The notes under the pieces are model-generated. The model did not search any database and was not told where the DNA came from. It saw nothing but the letters and a program-made list of their open reading frames with translations. A DNA stretch of 64,000 bases. Source: Terriglobales bacterium. GTDB taxonomy: Bacteria; Acidobacteriota; Terriglobia; Terriglobales; Acidobacteriaceae. A program made the position numbers and the translations under genes. The stretch is from positions 50,382 through 114,381 of the forward strand of contig JBEKPH010000006.1 of the NCBI GenBank assembly GCA_049520915.1. Reading direction: 5' to 3'. Below, piece by piece: positions 38,337-47,862 of this stretch (the stretch's first letter is position 1; the number at the start of each line of letters is the position of its first letter).

Positions 38337-38738
38337 ATGATTGAAAAGCTTAAGGAAAGCAGGGGATATGCTTTCGGGTTCAAGGTTATCGGAAGAATGA
38401 GCGGCGATGAAGTCAAGGCGTTTGAGCCGCAGATCGAATTTCTCATCAAGGAAAGGAAAGAACGGCCGATTGGGATCCTCGCGGATCTCTCGCAGATGGA
38501 GGGCGCGGATTGGAAAGCACGTTGGAATGAGATGCGTTTTCTCCAGAAATATACCGATCCTATCGCGCGAATGGCCGTGGTCGGTGCAGACAAATGGGAG
38601 GAAGTGGTGGCTATGCTTCTCGCCGGAACTTCTGTTCTTCAGGCCGAAACCCGCTATTTTGCAACTTCAGAGATCGCTCCAGCCTGGGACTGGGCCAGGC
38701 TTGGTCAGGGTTGCCGTCCCTCCACTCAAAGTGACTGA
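38337..38738 (+). CDS. STAS/SpoIIAA-like (DUF3478-type) protein
   Basis: MIEKLKESRGYAFGFKVIGRMSGDEVKAFEPQIEFLIKERKERPIGILADLSQMEGADWKARW...ARMAVVGADKW. ATG 38337 has better SD spacing (AAGGAGA) than ATG 38328. Confidence 0.7.
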   Translation: MIEKLKESRGYAFGFKVIGRMSGDEVKAFEPQIEFLIKERKERPIGILADLSQMEGADWKARWNEMRFLQKYTDPIARMAVVGADKWEEVVAMLLAGTSVLQAETRYFATSEIAPAWDWARLGQGCRPSTQSD

Positions 38739-38870
38739 TCCAATCGCCGTGCTTCCGTCCCAAGATGGCACCTCCACTGTCCGCCGGCACTCGATCAGGC
38801 TGGTAACCGACAGAAAAGATGCTCAGAAAAGCATGGTATGGGGCATCCCGCGCCACTTTCCTCCATCCGG

Positions 38871-40505
38871 TTACGGCGCCACCACGTCAAATGGCCGCAT
38901 CATCTCATTATCCTCGTGTTCAAGGATGTGGCAGTGCCAAACATAGCGCCCCGTGAAGCCTTCGAATCGAATAATAATGCGCGTCACCATGCCCGGATCG
39001 GCCCGCACCGTATCTTTCCACCCCGACTCGACCGGCTCATGAGGCACCACCGCTCCCGTGTACTTGACCTCGCCTGTCGCCCAATAGGCGGCAATATTAA
39101 AAGCCCTGCGATCAAGAATCTGAAACCGCACCAGATGCAGATGGATGGGATGAGCGTCGTCCGTTAAGTTGATCAGATTCCAAATTTCAATCGAGTCGAG
39201 AACTGGATTCTCTGTCACCGGCATGCTCCAATGCGCATTGTTCAATAACATCTTCACCGGCCGCTGGACGAGGTCGTCAATCTCCACCAGCGTGAGCATT
39301 CGAGTCTTTACGGCGGAAGATTCCGCAATCTTTGGGACCGGCCTCAGGTTCTTGGGAACCACACTTTCGTCGCTTGAGGGGGCGGACGACTCCGTCCGCC
39401 TTGCCACGCGAAACTGCAAGATATTTAAATTGTCATTCTTGAGACTTACGTTGCTTCCGCTACATCCCGAAAAATCGACAATCAGGTCGGCGCGTTCACC
39501 AGGCGCAAGCGAAGCCCGCGGTAGCGTGACTGGTGCCGACAGCAGTCCCTGGTCGGTCCCAATCTGCTGAAAAGTCAACGCGTTCGATGGATCACCAGCG
39601 TCCAGCGTCAAATGAAAGAACCTGCCATTGGCCCCATTCAGCACACGAAAGCGATACCTCCGCGCATCAACTTCCAGATAAGGGAAAAGCTTTCCATTCA
39701 CAAGGACGGCATCGCCAAAAACCTCGGGTACCCATGGCGAGTTCGCATCGCCCGATACGGGATAGTTGAGCTGACCCTCCAGATCGAAGATGCGATCGAA
39801 AATCAACAACGGGATTTCATACTTGCCCCGCGGCAACCCCAGCGAATCTTCAAATTCGTCGCGCACAAAAAATGCGCCAAGCAATCCCGCAAAAACATTG
39901 AGCCGATTTATTCCTAATGCATGGTCGTGATACCACAGCATTGCCGCATCCTGCCGGTTGGGATAATGACACACGGCCGACTTGCCCGGCACATACCAGT
40001 TCTCAGGATATCCATCGCTCTCCGGTCGAGCTTTAGCCCCATGCATATGAACGACCGTTCGCACTCCGGGCTTGTCCGCCTCCGCGCCGTGGATGCCATG
40101 GTCGATAGGCAGAAAGTGCTTTTCCGGCAACTCATTCACCCACTCCACCAGCAAGCCCTCTCCACTGCGTGTCTCAAAGATCGGTCCTGGAGAACTCGAC
40201 CCATATCCCCAAAGGCGAGTCGGCTTCATGTCCCGGTGAACTTTACCTTCAAACTCTCGCATCGCGATCCGGTAGTAAGGAATCTGCACCGTGGCATCCT
40301 CCGGACTCGGACGATGGCCACTCGGCGCAATGACCTCCGGCAGTGGCAGAGGATCGACAAATTGCGCGAGCTTGCTGGTATTTAGCTCGGTGCGAAACTT
40401 AGGCTCGGCCGGGTGAACTGCCGCATGAGACATTCCCTGGCGCATGGCCAAAGCCATTGTCGTCAGACCGCTTTGCGCCAGAAACACGCGCCGTGTAATC
40501 GCCAA
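38871..40505 (-). CDS. Tat-exported multicopper oxidase (CotA/bilirubin-oxidase-like)
   Basis: MAITRRVFLAQSGLTTMALA Tat signal. Copper ligand motifs HMHG, WYHDHA, HPIHLH and HCHILEHEDNEMM. Confidence 0.9.
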   Translation of the reverse strand: MAITRRVFLAQSGLTTMALAMRQGMSHAAVHPAEPKFRTELNTSKLAQFVDPLPLPEVIAPSGHRPSPEDATVQIPYYRIAMREFEGKVHRDMKPTRLWGYGSSSPGPIFETRSGEGLLVEWVNELPEKHFLPIDHGIHGAEADKPGVRTVVHMHGAKARPESDGYPENWYVPGKSAVCHYPNRQDAAMLWYHDHALGINRLNVFAGLLGAFFVRDEFEDSLGLPRGKYEIPLLIFDRIFDLEGQLNYPVSGDANSPWVPEVFGDAVLVNGKLFPYLEVDARRYRFRVLNGANGRFFHLTLDAGDPSNALTFQQIGTDQGLLSAPVTLPRASLAPGERADLIVDFSGCSGSNVSLKNDNLNILQFRVARRTESSAPSSDESVVPKNLRPVPKIAESSAVKTRMLTLVEIDDLVQRPVKMLLNNAHWSMPVTENPVLDSIEIWNLINLTDDAHPIHLHLVRFQILDRRAFNIAAYWATGEVKYTGAVVPHEPVESGWKDTVRADPGMVTRIIIRFEGFTGRYVWHCHILEHEDNEMMRPFDVVAP

Positions 40506-40617
40506 AGATGATTCTCCTCACGCAGTCGCGTTCCTACTGACTGATGAACCAAACACAAGAGCGGACATGCGAATCGATTCTCGCATGCCCGCCCAGACTG
40601 AATCGAAGGTGTTGCGT

Positions 40618-42282
40618 TTACGGCTTCTGTTTTTCTCCAGTAAGCGGATTCAAGAGCAACGTCCCATTCGCTCTGATTTTTTTGAAGTTAAACATCTGAG
40701 CGATGGAGCTTGAAATCGTATCGAATGAGCCCTGGCCAATGCGTTGTCCGCCCAGCCAATTGTCTTCGATGAAGTGGATGATCGACGTCTGGTCGGTCAC
40801 CGTATGGTCGACAAAGTTCTGCCGCGCCCACGGTGAAATAACCAACAGTGGCAACCTCGGACCGTAGCCGCAGCGGCCAAGTGCATGCGGATTTGCTGCC
40901 GGATTGTAGCCCGGCAGCGAGGTGGCGGCCGTGCCGCAAACGCCAGGTCCAGTCAGAGCATCGGCCGGTCCGGTTGAAGTATTGACGATCGGCGGCATTT
41001 GATGGTCGTACCATCCGTCGGAGTCGTCATACGCAATCACCACAGCGGTGTTGCTCCAAGTGGGCAGTCCTTCCAGAAAGTTGATCGTGTTGACCACGAA
41101 ATCCTGCTCGTCAATCGGGTCCGAGTATCCAGCGTGGCCATCCTGATAGGAAGGCGCCTTCAGGAAGCTGACCGCCGGCTGATTTCCCGCTGCCGCTGCC
41201 GCGTAAAATTCATTGATGTCGTACTGGTGATTCGCCGGACCTGCATTACCGACTTCAGCAATCGAATTCGGCAAAGTGTGGTTCGGGTTTGCGGTCGTCG
41301 CCCAATAAGCGAAGAACGAATGATGCGGTGTGTAATCGTTCTCCTTGACGCCCGTGATATTCGAAGTTGTGCTGCGGTTGCAGCCCGTGCTCCCGTTCGA
41401 GTTCACGACGGTAAGGTCGAATCCGCCCATGAAGCCTCCCCAGGTCACACCCGCGGCATTCAGCAGATCGCCGATATTCTGGCTTCCCATCTCTCCCTGT
41501 GCCCGTGACGGACTGGAGCAGATATCGCCCAGCGGATCGGCATCATTGATCAAGGTCAACGAACCATCCGGACCCCCCGCCACTTCATCTCCGGTCCCGT
41601 TCAAAGTTGCGATCACACCGTTCGTTTGTCCCGACACTAGATTGATTAGCCCGGGAGTCGAAGGCCCGAACGTCGTTCCAAAAGAGTTGTCGTTCATCGC
41701 GAAATGCTGAGCGTAATTCCAATAGCCAGTCACGGTATTCCCGTCGAAATATCCCATGACGAGACCGTTAGTATCCACGATTCCGCCCCCACCTGGCGGC
41801 GGACCGGCCGTGCCGGTGTAAAGTGGGAACAGGTCCATCAATCCGTTGTCGAACGCTTGCTGCTCGGGCGTGTAGCCATGATCCTGATCCGCCGTAGCCG
41901 CCTGGCCGACATCGAGGCGGAACGGATTCGTTGCGCCCGTGCCATTCGAGGGGTTCAAATTCGGGTTCGTGTTAATCAGCGCGTTGGTGAGTCCGTTGAC
42001 TGTTGGAGTATTCGCGACCGCCGTGAATTTATTTTCAAACTTCGGGTTCAGCGCATTGGGATAAGTTCCAAAGTAGTGATCGAAAGAGACATTCTCCTGG
42101 AAAATCACTACCAGATACTGAATCGGTGTCGCCGTGGCTGGCAAGGCCTTCACGGTTCTGGTTACCGGTTTAGCGGAAGAGGCGAAAGCGGGAACAACGC
42201 TCGGTCCCAGGGCAATGGTCATCGTCAATATTGACGCCATCACCCGCCTGAGGTTGGCAAAAGGTTGCTGCTGTTCAAACAT
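40618..42282 (-). CDS. Secreted phosphoesterase family protein (acid phosphatase AcpA / phospholipase C-like)
   Basis: Start ATG 42282 (GGAGA upstream; signal MFEQQQPFANLRRVMASILTMTIALGPSVVPAFA). IQYLVVIFQENVSFDHYFGTYPNA, HHSFFAYW and TAVVIAYDDSDGWYDH. Confidence 0.85.
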   Translation of the reverse strand: MFEQQQPFANLRRVMASILTMTIALGPSVVPAFASSAKPVTRTVKALPATATPIQYLVVIFQENVSFDHYFGTYPNALNPKFENKFTAVANTPTVNGLTNALINTNPNLNPSNGTGATNPFRLDVGQAATADQDHGYTPEQQAFDNGLMDLFPLYTGTAGPPPGGGGIVDTNGLVMGYFDGNTVTGYWNYAQHFAMNDNSFGTTFGPSTPGLINLVSGQTNGVIATLNGTGDEVAGGPDGSLTLINDADPLGDICSSPSRAQGEMGSQNIGDLLNAAGVTWGGFMGGFDLTVVNSNGSTGCNRSTTSNITGVKENDYTPHHSFFAYWATTANPNHTLPNSIAEVGNAGPANHQYDINEFYAAAAAGNQPAVSFLKAPSYQDGHAGYSDPIDEQDFVVNTINFLEGLPTWSNTAVVIAYDDSDGWYDHQMPPIVNTSTGPADALTGPGVCGTAATSLPGYNPAANPHALGRCGYGPRLPLLVISPWARQNFVDHTVTDQTSIIHFIEDNWLGGQRIGQGSFDTISSSIAQMFNFKKIRANGTLLLNPLTGEKQKP

Positions 42283-42456
42283 TGCTGAAATCTCCGTTCC
42301 TTCGAATTGCCTGGCCAGGGCGCAGAACTGTTGCGTGGCGGAAGCTTCGAGAACATTAGGCGGGCGATGTTTCTGTAACGTGACTGCAATATTAATGGGA
42401 GATGAATTCATGCCTGATTGCGGCGGACTGGAACAATCTTGCACACAAGGTGAGGA

Positions 42457-42564
42457 AAGCAAAACGTCTATGCCGCCACCAGAGCCGAGGTCTAGAACAG
42501 TTTCACCCTGATTCATCTTCGCGAGAGCACTGGTTAAGGCAAATTCGTCAACGGACGGCGGAGG
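42457..42564 (-). pseudogene. Fragment of a class I SAM-dependent (ArsM-like) methyltransferase, read through in-frame into the phosphoesterase ORF
   Basis: SVDEFALTSALAKMNQGETVLDLGSGGGIDVLLSS contains SAM motif I (VLDLGSGGG.D). Nothing methyltransferase-like follows it. Confidence 0.4.
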
Positions 42565-43105
42565 TCACTGACTCCGACCGCTGTTCGTAGAACGGATAAT
42601 CCGTGTAGCCGTGAGCGTCGAAGGTATAGAACGTGCTGCGATCATACGCATTCAGAGGCAGCCCGAACTGGATACGCTTTGGCAAATCGGGATTCGATAA
42701 GAAATGCCGCCCGAACGCAATCAGGTCGGCATCGCCGTTCTCGACGACCTCCTCGGCAGTTCCGGGTTCAAAGCCCCCGGCTGCGATGATTGTCCGTTTA
42801 ATATCTTTCGGAGCCGTGCCGCCGCAATCGCATACCGCCCCTCTGCGATGACTACATTTCTTCCTACCCGGCTCGATGATATGCAGATAGGCCACGCCGA
42901 ACTGATTTGATTCCTGTGCCACATGGTCGAACAACGCCTCTGGATCACTATCGGACATGCCATTCCATCTGCCGCCCGGCGCAATGCGGACGGCCACTCG
43001 GTTACCGCCCCACACCGAAACTAGTGCTTCGACCACTTGAAGCAAGAAGCGGGACCGATTTCCGATCGAACCGCCATAACTATCGGTTCGCTGAGATGGC
43101 ACCAA
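42548..43105 (-). pseudogene. C-terminal half of an Old Yellow Enzyme-type NADH:flavin oxidoreductase
   Basis: QRTDSYGGSIGNRSRFLLQVVEAL...RVAVRIAP...AYLHIIEP...ADLIAFGRHFLSNPDLPKRI...GYTDYPFY. The ~180 N-terminal residues (FMN/substrate half) are absent. Confidence 0.7.
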
Positions 43106-43189
43106 TGCCAGACATCCTCTAACTCGCTAATAGTTTTTATCGGATTAGAAGTCAACGCTGATGTGATGTCCTAGCGTCACTTCAGGCAA

Positions 43190-43350
43190 TGCTGCCGGAG
43201 TAGGGGTCTATGATGCCGAAGATCAGGCGGTCCCGGTTCCTACTGGACACCGTCGCATCCCAAACCTGATAGTCGATCGCCAAACCGCGAACCAGCGGAA
43301 CAACAGACTGGGCTCCAGTTCTTCCATCAGCAGCCGTTCGCTGCGTTTGG
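43190..43350 (-). mobile_element. IS5/IS1182-like transposase N-terminal (DUF772-type) remnant with a frameshift
   Basis: Minus strand reads RSERLLMEELEPSLLFRWFA, then, one frame over, GLAIDYQVWDATVSSRNRDRLIFG. This matches the conserved SER.L.EeL.yNLLFRWF.gl.iD..vwD.t.fSKNRdRLl block. No DDE domain follows. Confidence 0.5.
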
Positions 43351-43389
43351 CGCTATCAGATTTGGGCGGGGCTCCAAGAAAATGGCCGC

Positions 43390-45552
43390 TCATTTCCGCG
43401 TAAGCTTGCGCTTTTGAACCTCCTCAGATGTCGGACAATTTGTGGGAGGGACGGTAACTTGGCACTGTGTCGCGTAGTAGCCCAGCGTTACTTGCCCCGT
43501 CTGATACGGTCCGTTAACCAAGTCTGTCTCGACGAAGAAACCTTGATTCGAATCGATGGAGTAGTAATCCAACGAAATTGGATTCGTGAAAACGCTGGCG
43601 ATGGGTGCATTCGGATCGGCGTTCAGAGTTCCTGGCAAATTGTCGGATGTCGCAGTACCGAAGTTGCCGAGGAAGCCGTTTCCCAGTTGAGCGCTTGCGT
43701 CGGCGGTTCCCGAAAGAGGCGGCGTGTTGGCGGAGTTCACCGTCATCTGGGCCGTGCCGTCGGTTTCGATGCCATTTTCCTGCGTGAAACTCGCGCCGTA
43801 GAGGCCGCTGAAAGTTGGTGTGGCAGCGGTTTGCGCATAAGCAAGGCCCGATCCAATCCAGGGATAATGCAGGTTAGGAGAAGGCCCAACTGCTCCGAAG
43901 CCGAGCACCAGGGCCGCAGGCTGACCCGATCCGCTTAGGCCGGTCAGATAGAAGAACATTTGGGGACTATAGCTGGGACTTGGCACGGGACTAAAATCGG
44001 CCGGCGTAAGGCAGGCGCGGCCGGTTCCACTCACCACCGTTCCACTGTCGGCCCCGCAAGAGGCGCTGGCGGAATCGACCGCATAAATACCGGTAAATGC
44101 TGCACTGATCTCTGCTCCTTCGATTCCTCCAGTCTTGCAGCTTTCTTGCACGCAGTTGAGCTGAAGAAAGGTGTCGGTGAATCCGCTCGTCAGCGCTCCG
44201 TCGGCTTGACCATCGGCGGTGAATACACCGGCTGAAGTCAAAGTCGCCGGAACGAGATTGCTTTGGTAGAGGTCAACGCCTGTCACTCCGAACGTGTAAT
44301 TTCCTGATAGCGATCCATTGCCAAACGTACCGTAAGCGCCCGAGGCTTGGGCAATCGCGAGGCCACCGGTTGAGGCAAAGCCGCTCGTGGTCGCGGTGTT
44401 GTCGCTCTCAATTAGCTGTATATGGCCGGAGTCCACAATATAGCCCGTCAAGATGGCCGTCACTGGCTTAGAGTGGATGCCATCGAGATAACCAACCAGC
44501 TTGATTGTCACTTGGCCGAAGGCATCGGGTCCCGAAGTCACCTGCGAGCCCGTAGCGAACGAGCCATCGCTGATCTTCTGCTTTTCTCCGATGAACTCGT
44601 CGGTGACGCCGGAGATCGTGGTCTGTCCCGCCGCGATCTCCAAGACGCCTCCGAAAGCGAGCGCTTGGCTGTCGACTACATCTGTGCCGGTCATTGCGAA
44701 GGCGTAGCTACCCGACGGCGCTGCGACCGTAGTCTGTTGCAGATCCATGGTTCCGGTCGCGGAATAGCCGGTAGTATCCAATCCAATTTGCGAGACTAGC
44801 GCTTCGGGATTCTGCGAATTGTTGAGGAAGACGAAGCTGAAAATTTCTGTGCCTGCGTTGCTGCTGCTGTCACTCCAGTTCAGTGTGATCGTTCCGCGGC
44901 CGTCGCCGCCGAGAAAATAACTGCTCGTGTTCAGTAAGGTGGCGTTGTCGGAAACCCCACCTGAATTGGCAGTTTGCTCCCCGCCCGACACACCTCCTTG
45001 TCCATCGACGGCGATCACGCCCGCGAACTGATACGGCACAGAGAAGCCATCGACTCCCTGCAGTTGCAGTACATAGTTCCCCGCCTGCAAACTGCCATTG
45101 AAGCTACCAATCGTCAGCGGCGCCACTACGTTCACCGAAGGACTGTTCGTCGATAGCGCCACGATTTCAACCACCGTGCTATTTGTGGAGAGAGTAGCCG
45201 GTGCGGTGTAGGTGACCGGGCTTCCGCTGGCGGTATGCGGATTGCTCAGTGTGCCGCAGAGGCCGTTTTGATTCTTCGGATCTGCCTGGCAGGTCAACTC
45301 CCAGCTCACTCCGTCGTTGTCCGGATCGTTCGTAACGACAGCCGTCACATTTTCAGCAGATCCAACAGACAGCGCCGCTCCGGGCTCCGGTTGAAAGGCG
45401 ATCGTCACATTCTGCGGTGGGGGCGGTGGAGGGTTTTGCACGTTCGCGGTGCTTCCTCCGCATCCGGCAAGAAATGACATCATCGCCGCCGTCATAAGAA
45501 AAGGAACCCATCGTCGCATCACCACTGCCGCCCTCCTGAAATTGAGTCGCAT
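43390..45552 (-). CDS. Lipoprotein of unknown function (720 aa), last gene of the TBDR operon
   Basis: Lipobox FLAGC|GG. Poly-Pro linker. Ig-like module (VSWELTCQADPKNQNGLCGTLS...YTAP). Four G-x-Y-x-F/L...G-x-D internal repeats. Many paired Cys. Confidence 0.75.
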   Translation of the reverse strand: MRLNFRRAAVVMRRWVPFLMTAAMMSFLAGCGGSTANVQNPPPPPPQNVTIAFQPEPGAALSVGSAENVTAVVTNDPDNDGVSWELTCQADPKNQNGLCGTLSNPHTASGSPVTYTAPATLSTNSTVVEIVALSTNSPSVNVVAPLTIGSFNGSLQAGNYVLQLQGVDGFSVPYQFAGVIAVDGQGGVSGGEQTANSGGVSDNATLLNTSSYFLGGDGRGTITLNWSDSSSNAGTEIFSFVFLNNSQNPEALVSQIGLDTTGYSATGTMDLQQTTVAAPSGSYAFAMTGTDVVDSQALAFGGVLEIAAGQTTISGVTDEFIGEKQKISDGSFATGSQVTSGPDAFGQVTIKLVGYLDGIHSKPVTAILTGYIVDSGHIQLIESDNTATTSGFASTGGLAIAQASGAYGTFGNGSLSGNYTFGVTGVDLYQSNLVPATLTSAGVFTADGQADGALTSGFTDTFLQLNCVQESCKTGGIEGAEISAAFTGIYAVDSASASCGADSGTVVSGTGRACLTPADFSPVPSPSYSPQMFFYLTGLSGSGQPAALVLGFGAVGPSPNLHYPWIGSGLAYAQTAATPTFSGLYGASFTQENGIETDGTAQMTVNSANTPPLSGTADASAQLGNGFLGNFGTATSDNLPGTLNADPNAPIASVFTNPISLDYYSIDSNQGFFVETDLVNGPYQTGQVTLGYYATQCQVTVPPTNCPTSEEVQKRKLTRK

Positions 45553-45555
45553 CGT

Positions 45556-47862
45556 TTATTGTCCGGTCCCGCGCAGGTACACCACTTGCGGCAGGTTCAG
45601 CGGTTCCTGCTGATAATTGATCGTGAGCGTTCCGGGAATGAAGCCCGTGACACCGGGCTTGAAAGTAACCGTCAAGGTGCAACTGCTGCCCGGCGCCAGG
45701 CTGATCGGACAATCGTCGGACTCGGAATAACTGCCACTGGCGGTGATCTTTCCGATGAACGTGACCGTTTGGGTGGTCGCGAGATTCGGATCGTTGAGCA
45801 GCGTAATGGTCAAGGGTGCGGTGCTCTTCCCTTGTGTCTGATTCCCGAAGTCCAGTCCTGCCCCAGGCGTCATGCGCAAGGGACTCGCGGAATTCGAACG
45901 CAGTTCCACCGGAAACCGTCCGCTATCGATTTCGCAGTCGGTCGTGACTGCGCCCGCACACTGCAGGGTGTTCAGTTCGAGAAAATAATCCAGCCCGTTG
46001 CCCACATTGGTCTTCGGTTGTGGCACATAGGTAACCTGAATATTGCAGGACGCCTGCGCAGCCAACAGATTTCCGGTGCACGTGTCTTCAGAAATCTGAA
46101 AGTTTGGTAGCTTACTGCTGTCGTCACTGTCGCACGTGTAATTGATGGTCTCTCCGTTCGCCGTAATCGGAAGACTGCCCGATCCGTTGCTCACCACCTG
46201 CAATCCGGCGACTGGACTGTTTGCCAACAAGGGATGAGGGAGCAGGTTCTGCCCATGTTGCGGATTCACGCAAGTTGCCTGTCCCAGAATTTGCACCGGA
46301 GAGCCGCTCACATTCGTAAACGAGAGAGTCTGGGGCACACTCGCTTCCGGCGGATTCACTTGTTCTTCCGCTCCGAAATCGAGTTCTTGCACCGAAGGTT
46401 GAAGCGCGCTCCGCGCCACACCGGTCGCCGGCACCGTAAATGCGGTATCGGTGTCGGGACTAGAGGGACTATGGACCGTTACCAGCGCGCTCTGCGTGAG
46501 TGGACACCACTCGGGTGCGGCGCCCGCAATCGTCGGTGGCGCTCCGAACGGTAGCCACGGACAACTCTCTTGCGGCGTGAAGGTTACGGTGATCGCACAG
46601 GACTGCCCCACTGCGAGAGAAAAATTGGTGCCGAGTGACGCGGCACAGTTATCCTGCTCAGTAAAACTGGGCAGCTCATTGAAATCGCTTTGGCCACCAA
46701 ATGTATTGTCGCCCTCGTTACTAAAACTAAGAGTCAATGGACCAAGCGGTGCGCTGGTGTTGTTCGCGAGCGTGATTGTCTGCGAACTCGCGGCTGCGCC
46801 GAGCACCTGTGTCGGGAACGCCAGGAATGCCGGCGTTAGGGTAATTGGTGCTTGGCACGCGCTGCTACTTCCGACCGAAAGACAGATATTGCCAAAGTCG
46901 CCCGCTGTCGTCGTGCTCCCCAAACTGCCGCCGCAACCCTTCGACGCCACCAGATACGACGGCCCAATTCCGTGCAGGATATTGCCGCCCCCTTGCGCGG
47001 AATCGTAAGTCACCGGGCTCACTCCCGTAGCTCCCAGAAACTGCGCTCCTGCGGGCTCACCGATCTGCCCGAGATTCGATCCGTCCGTGCCAATTACTTG
47101 GAGGATCACCGAGTCACCGCTAATTGTTCCTGTGAGCGATGCCAGAGGAAAGCAAGGATAGTCGCTCAACAGAGTCACGGGATCCTGAAAACTCAAAGTC
47201 CCAGTCACAGTCGCGTTGCTGGCGCCGATATTTTCGCCTTGGGTCACAGTACCTGCAACTAAGGCGAAATCCTGATTCGCCAATCCGTAACTACCGCCTG
47301 TACTGTGAAATGTTCCCTGAATCGTCCCTGTAAGTGGCGGCACCGAAACCGCGCTCCATGACAATCCGGTTTCGGCATACCCGCAAACCGAACCGTCAGA
47401 CGCCGTTCCCGCAGTCGAGGTGTAAGTTCCCGCCATCGTCGAGCCATCCGAGCTCAACGTTCCGGTTAAAACAAAACTCTGGCTACCGGCCGCCGCGTTG
47501 ATCGTCACGGTCTGCCCACTGTTCGTTACTGATAGCGGAGCCGATCCGCCGTTGCATGGACCCGGCGCCGAAGCGGACGAAGTAATCGAGTACACCGCTT
47601 GTCCCGCCGTCGCGCCGTTTTGCGTCAGCAGAAATCCTCCTTGCAGGCCACCGCTGAAGGTCGGATCGCCCGCATTTCCATCGCTCTGCGAGGCCATCGT
47701 GAACTGCCAATTCCCCGAGAGCGAGGCGCCTTGTTGTGATCCGCCAGAAGAGCCTCTCCCGCCGCAGGCCGAAAACGTCAGCATCAGCGCCAGGGAGAAA
47801 AGCGGCAAGAGGCACGCGTTCGTGGCGCACCGCGATTTTCGGTGTTTAGTAAATCTCAGCAT
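45556..47862 (-). CDS. Lipoprotein of unknown function (768 aa); N-terminal ~400 aa paralogous to the upstream gene, C-terminal ASH/choice-of-anchor-D-like domains
   Basis: Start ATG 47862 (MLRFTKHRKSRCATNACLLPLFSLALMLTFSAC|GG). LSGNWQFTMA..., GTIQGTFHS, GDFGNICL, ACQAPITL. C-terminal LDFGNQTQGKSTAPLTITLLN...CTLTVTFKP. Confidence 0.75.
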   Translation of the reverse strand: MLRFTKHRKSRCATNACLLPLFSLALMLTFSACGGRGSSGGSQQGASLSGNWQFTMASQSDGNAGDPTFSGGLQGGFLLTQNGATAGQAVYSITSSASAPGPCNGGSAPLSVTNSGQTVTINAAAGSQSFVLTGTLSSDGSTMAGTYTSTAGTASDGSVCGYAETGLSWSAVSVPPLTGTIQGTFHSTGGSYGLANQDFALVAGTVTQGENIGASNATVTGTLSFQDPVTLLSDYPCFPLASLTGTISGDSVILQVIGTDGSNLGQIGEPAGAQFLGATGVSPVTYDSAQGGGNILHGIGPSYLVASKGCGGSLGSTTTAGDFGNICLSVGSSSACQAPITLTPAFLAFPTQVLGAAASSQTITLANNTSAPLGPLTLSFSNEGDNTFGGQSDFNELPSFTEQDNCAASLGTNFSLAVGQSCAITVTFTPQESCPWLPFGAPPTIAGAAPEWCPLTQSALVTVHSPSSPDTDTAFTVPATGVARSALQPSVQELDFGAEEQVNPPEASVPQTLSFTNVSGSPVQILGQATCVNPQHGQNLLPHPLLANSPVAGLQVVSNGSGSLPITANGETINYTCDSDDSSKLPNFQISEDTCTGNLLAAQASCNIQVTYVPQPKTNVGNGLDYFLELNTLQCAGAVTTDCEIDSGRFPVELRSNSASPLRMTPGAGLDFGNQTQGKSTAPLTITLLNDPNLATTQTVTFIGKITASGSYSESDDCPISLAPGSSCTLTVTFKPGVTGFIPGTLTINYQQEPLNLPQVVYLRGTGQ

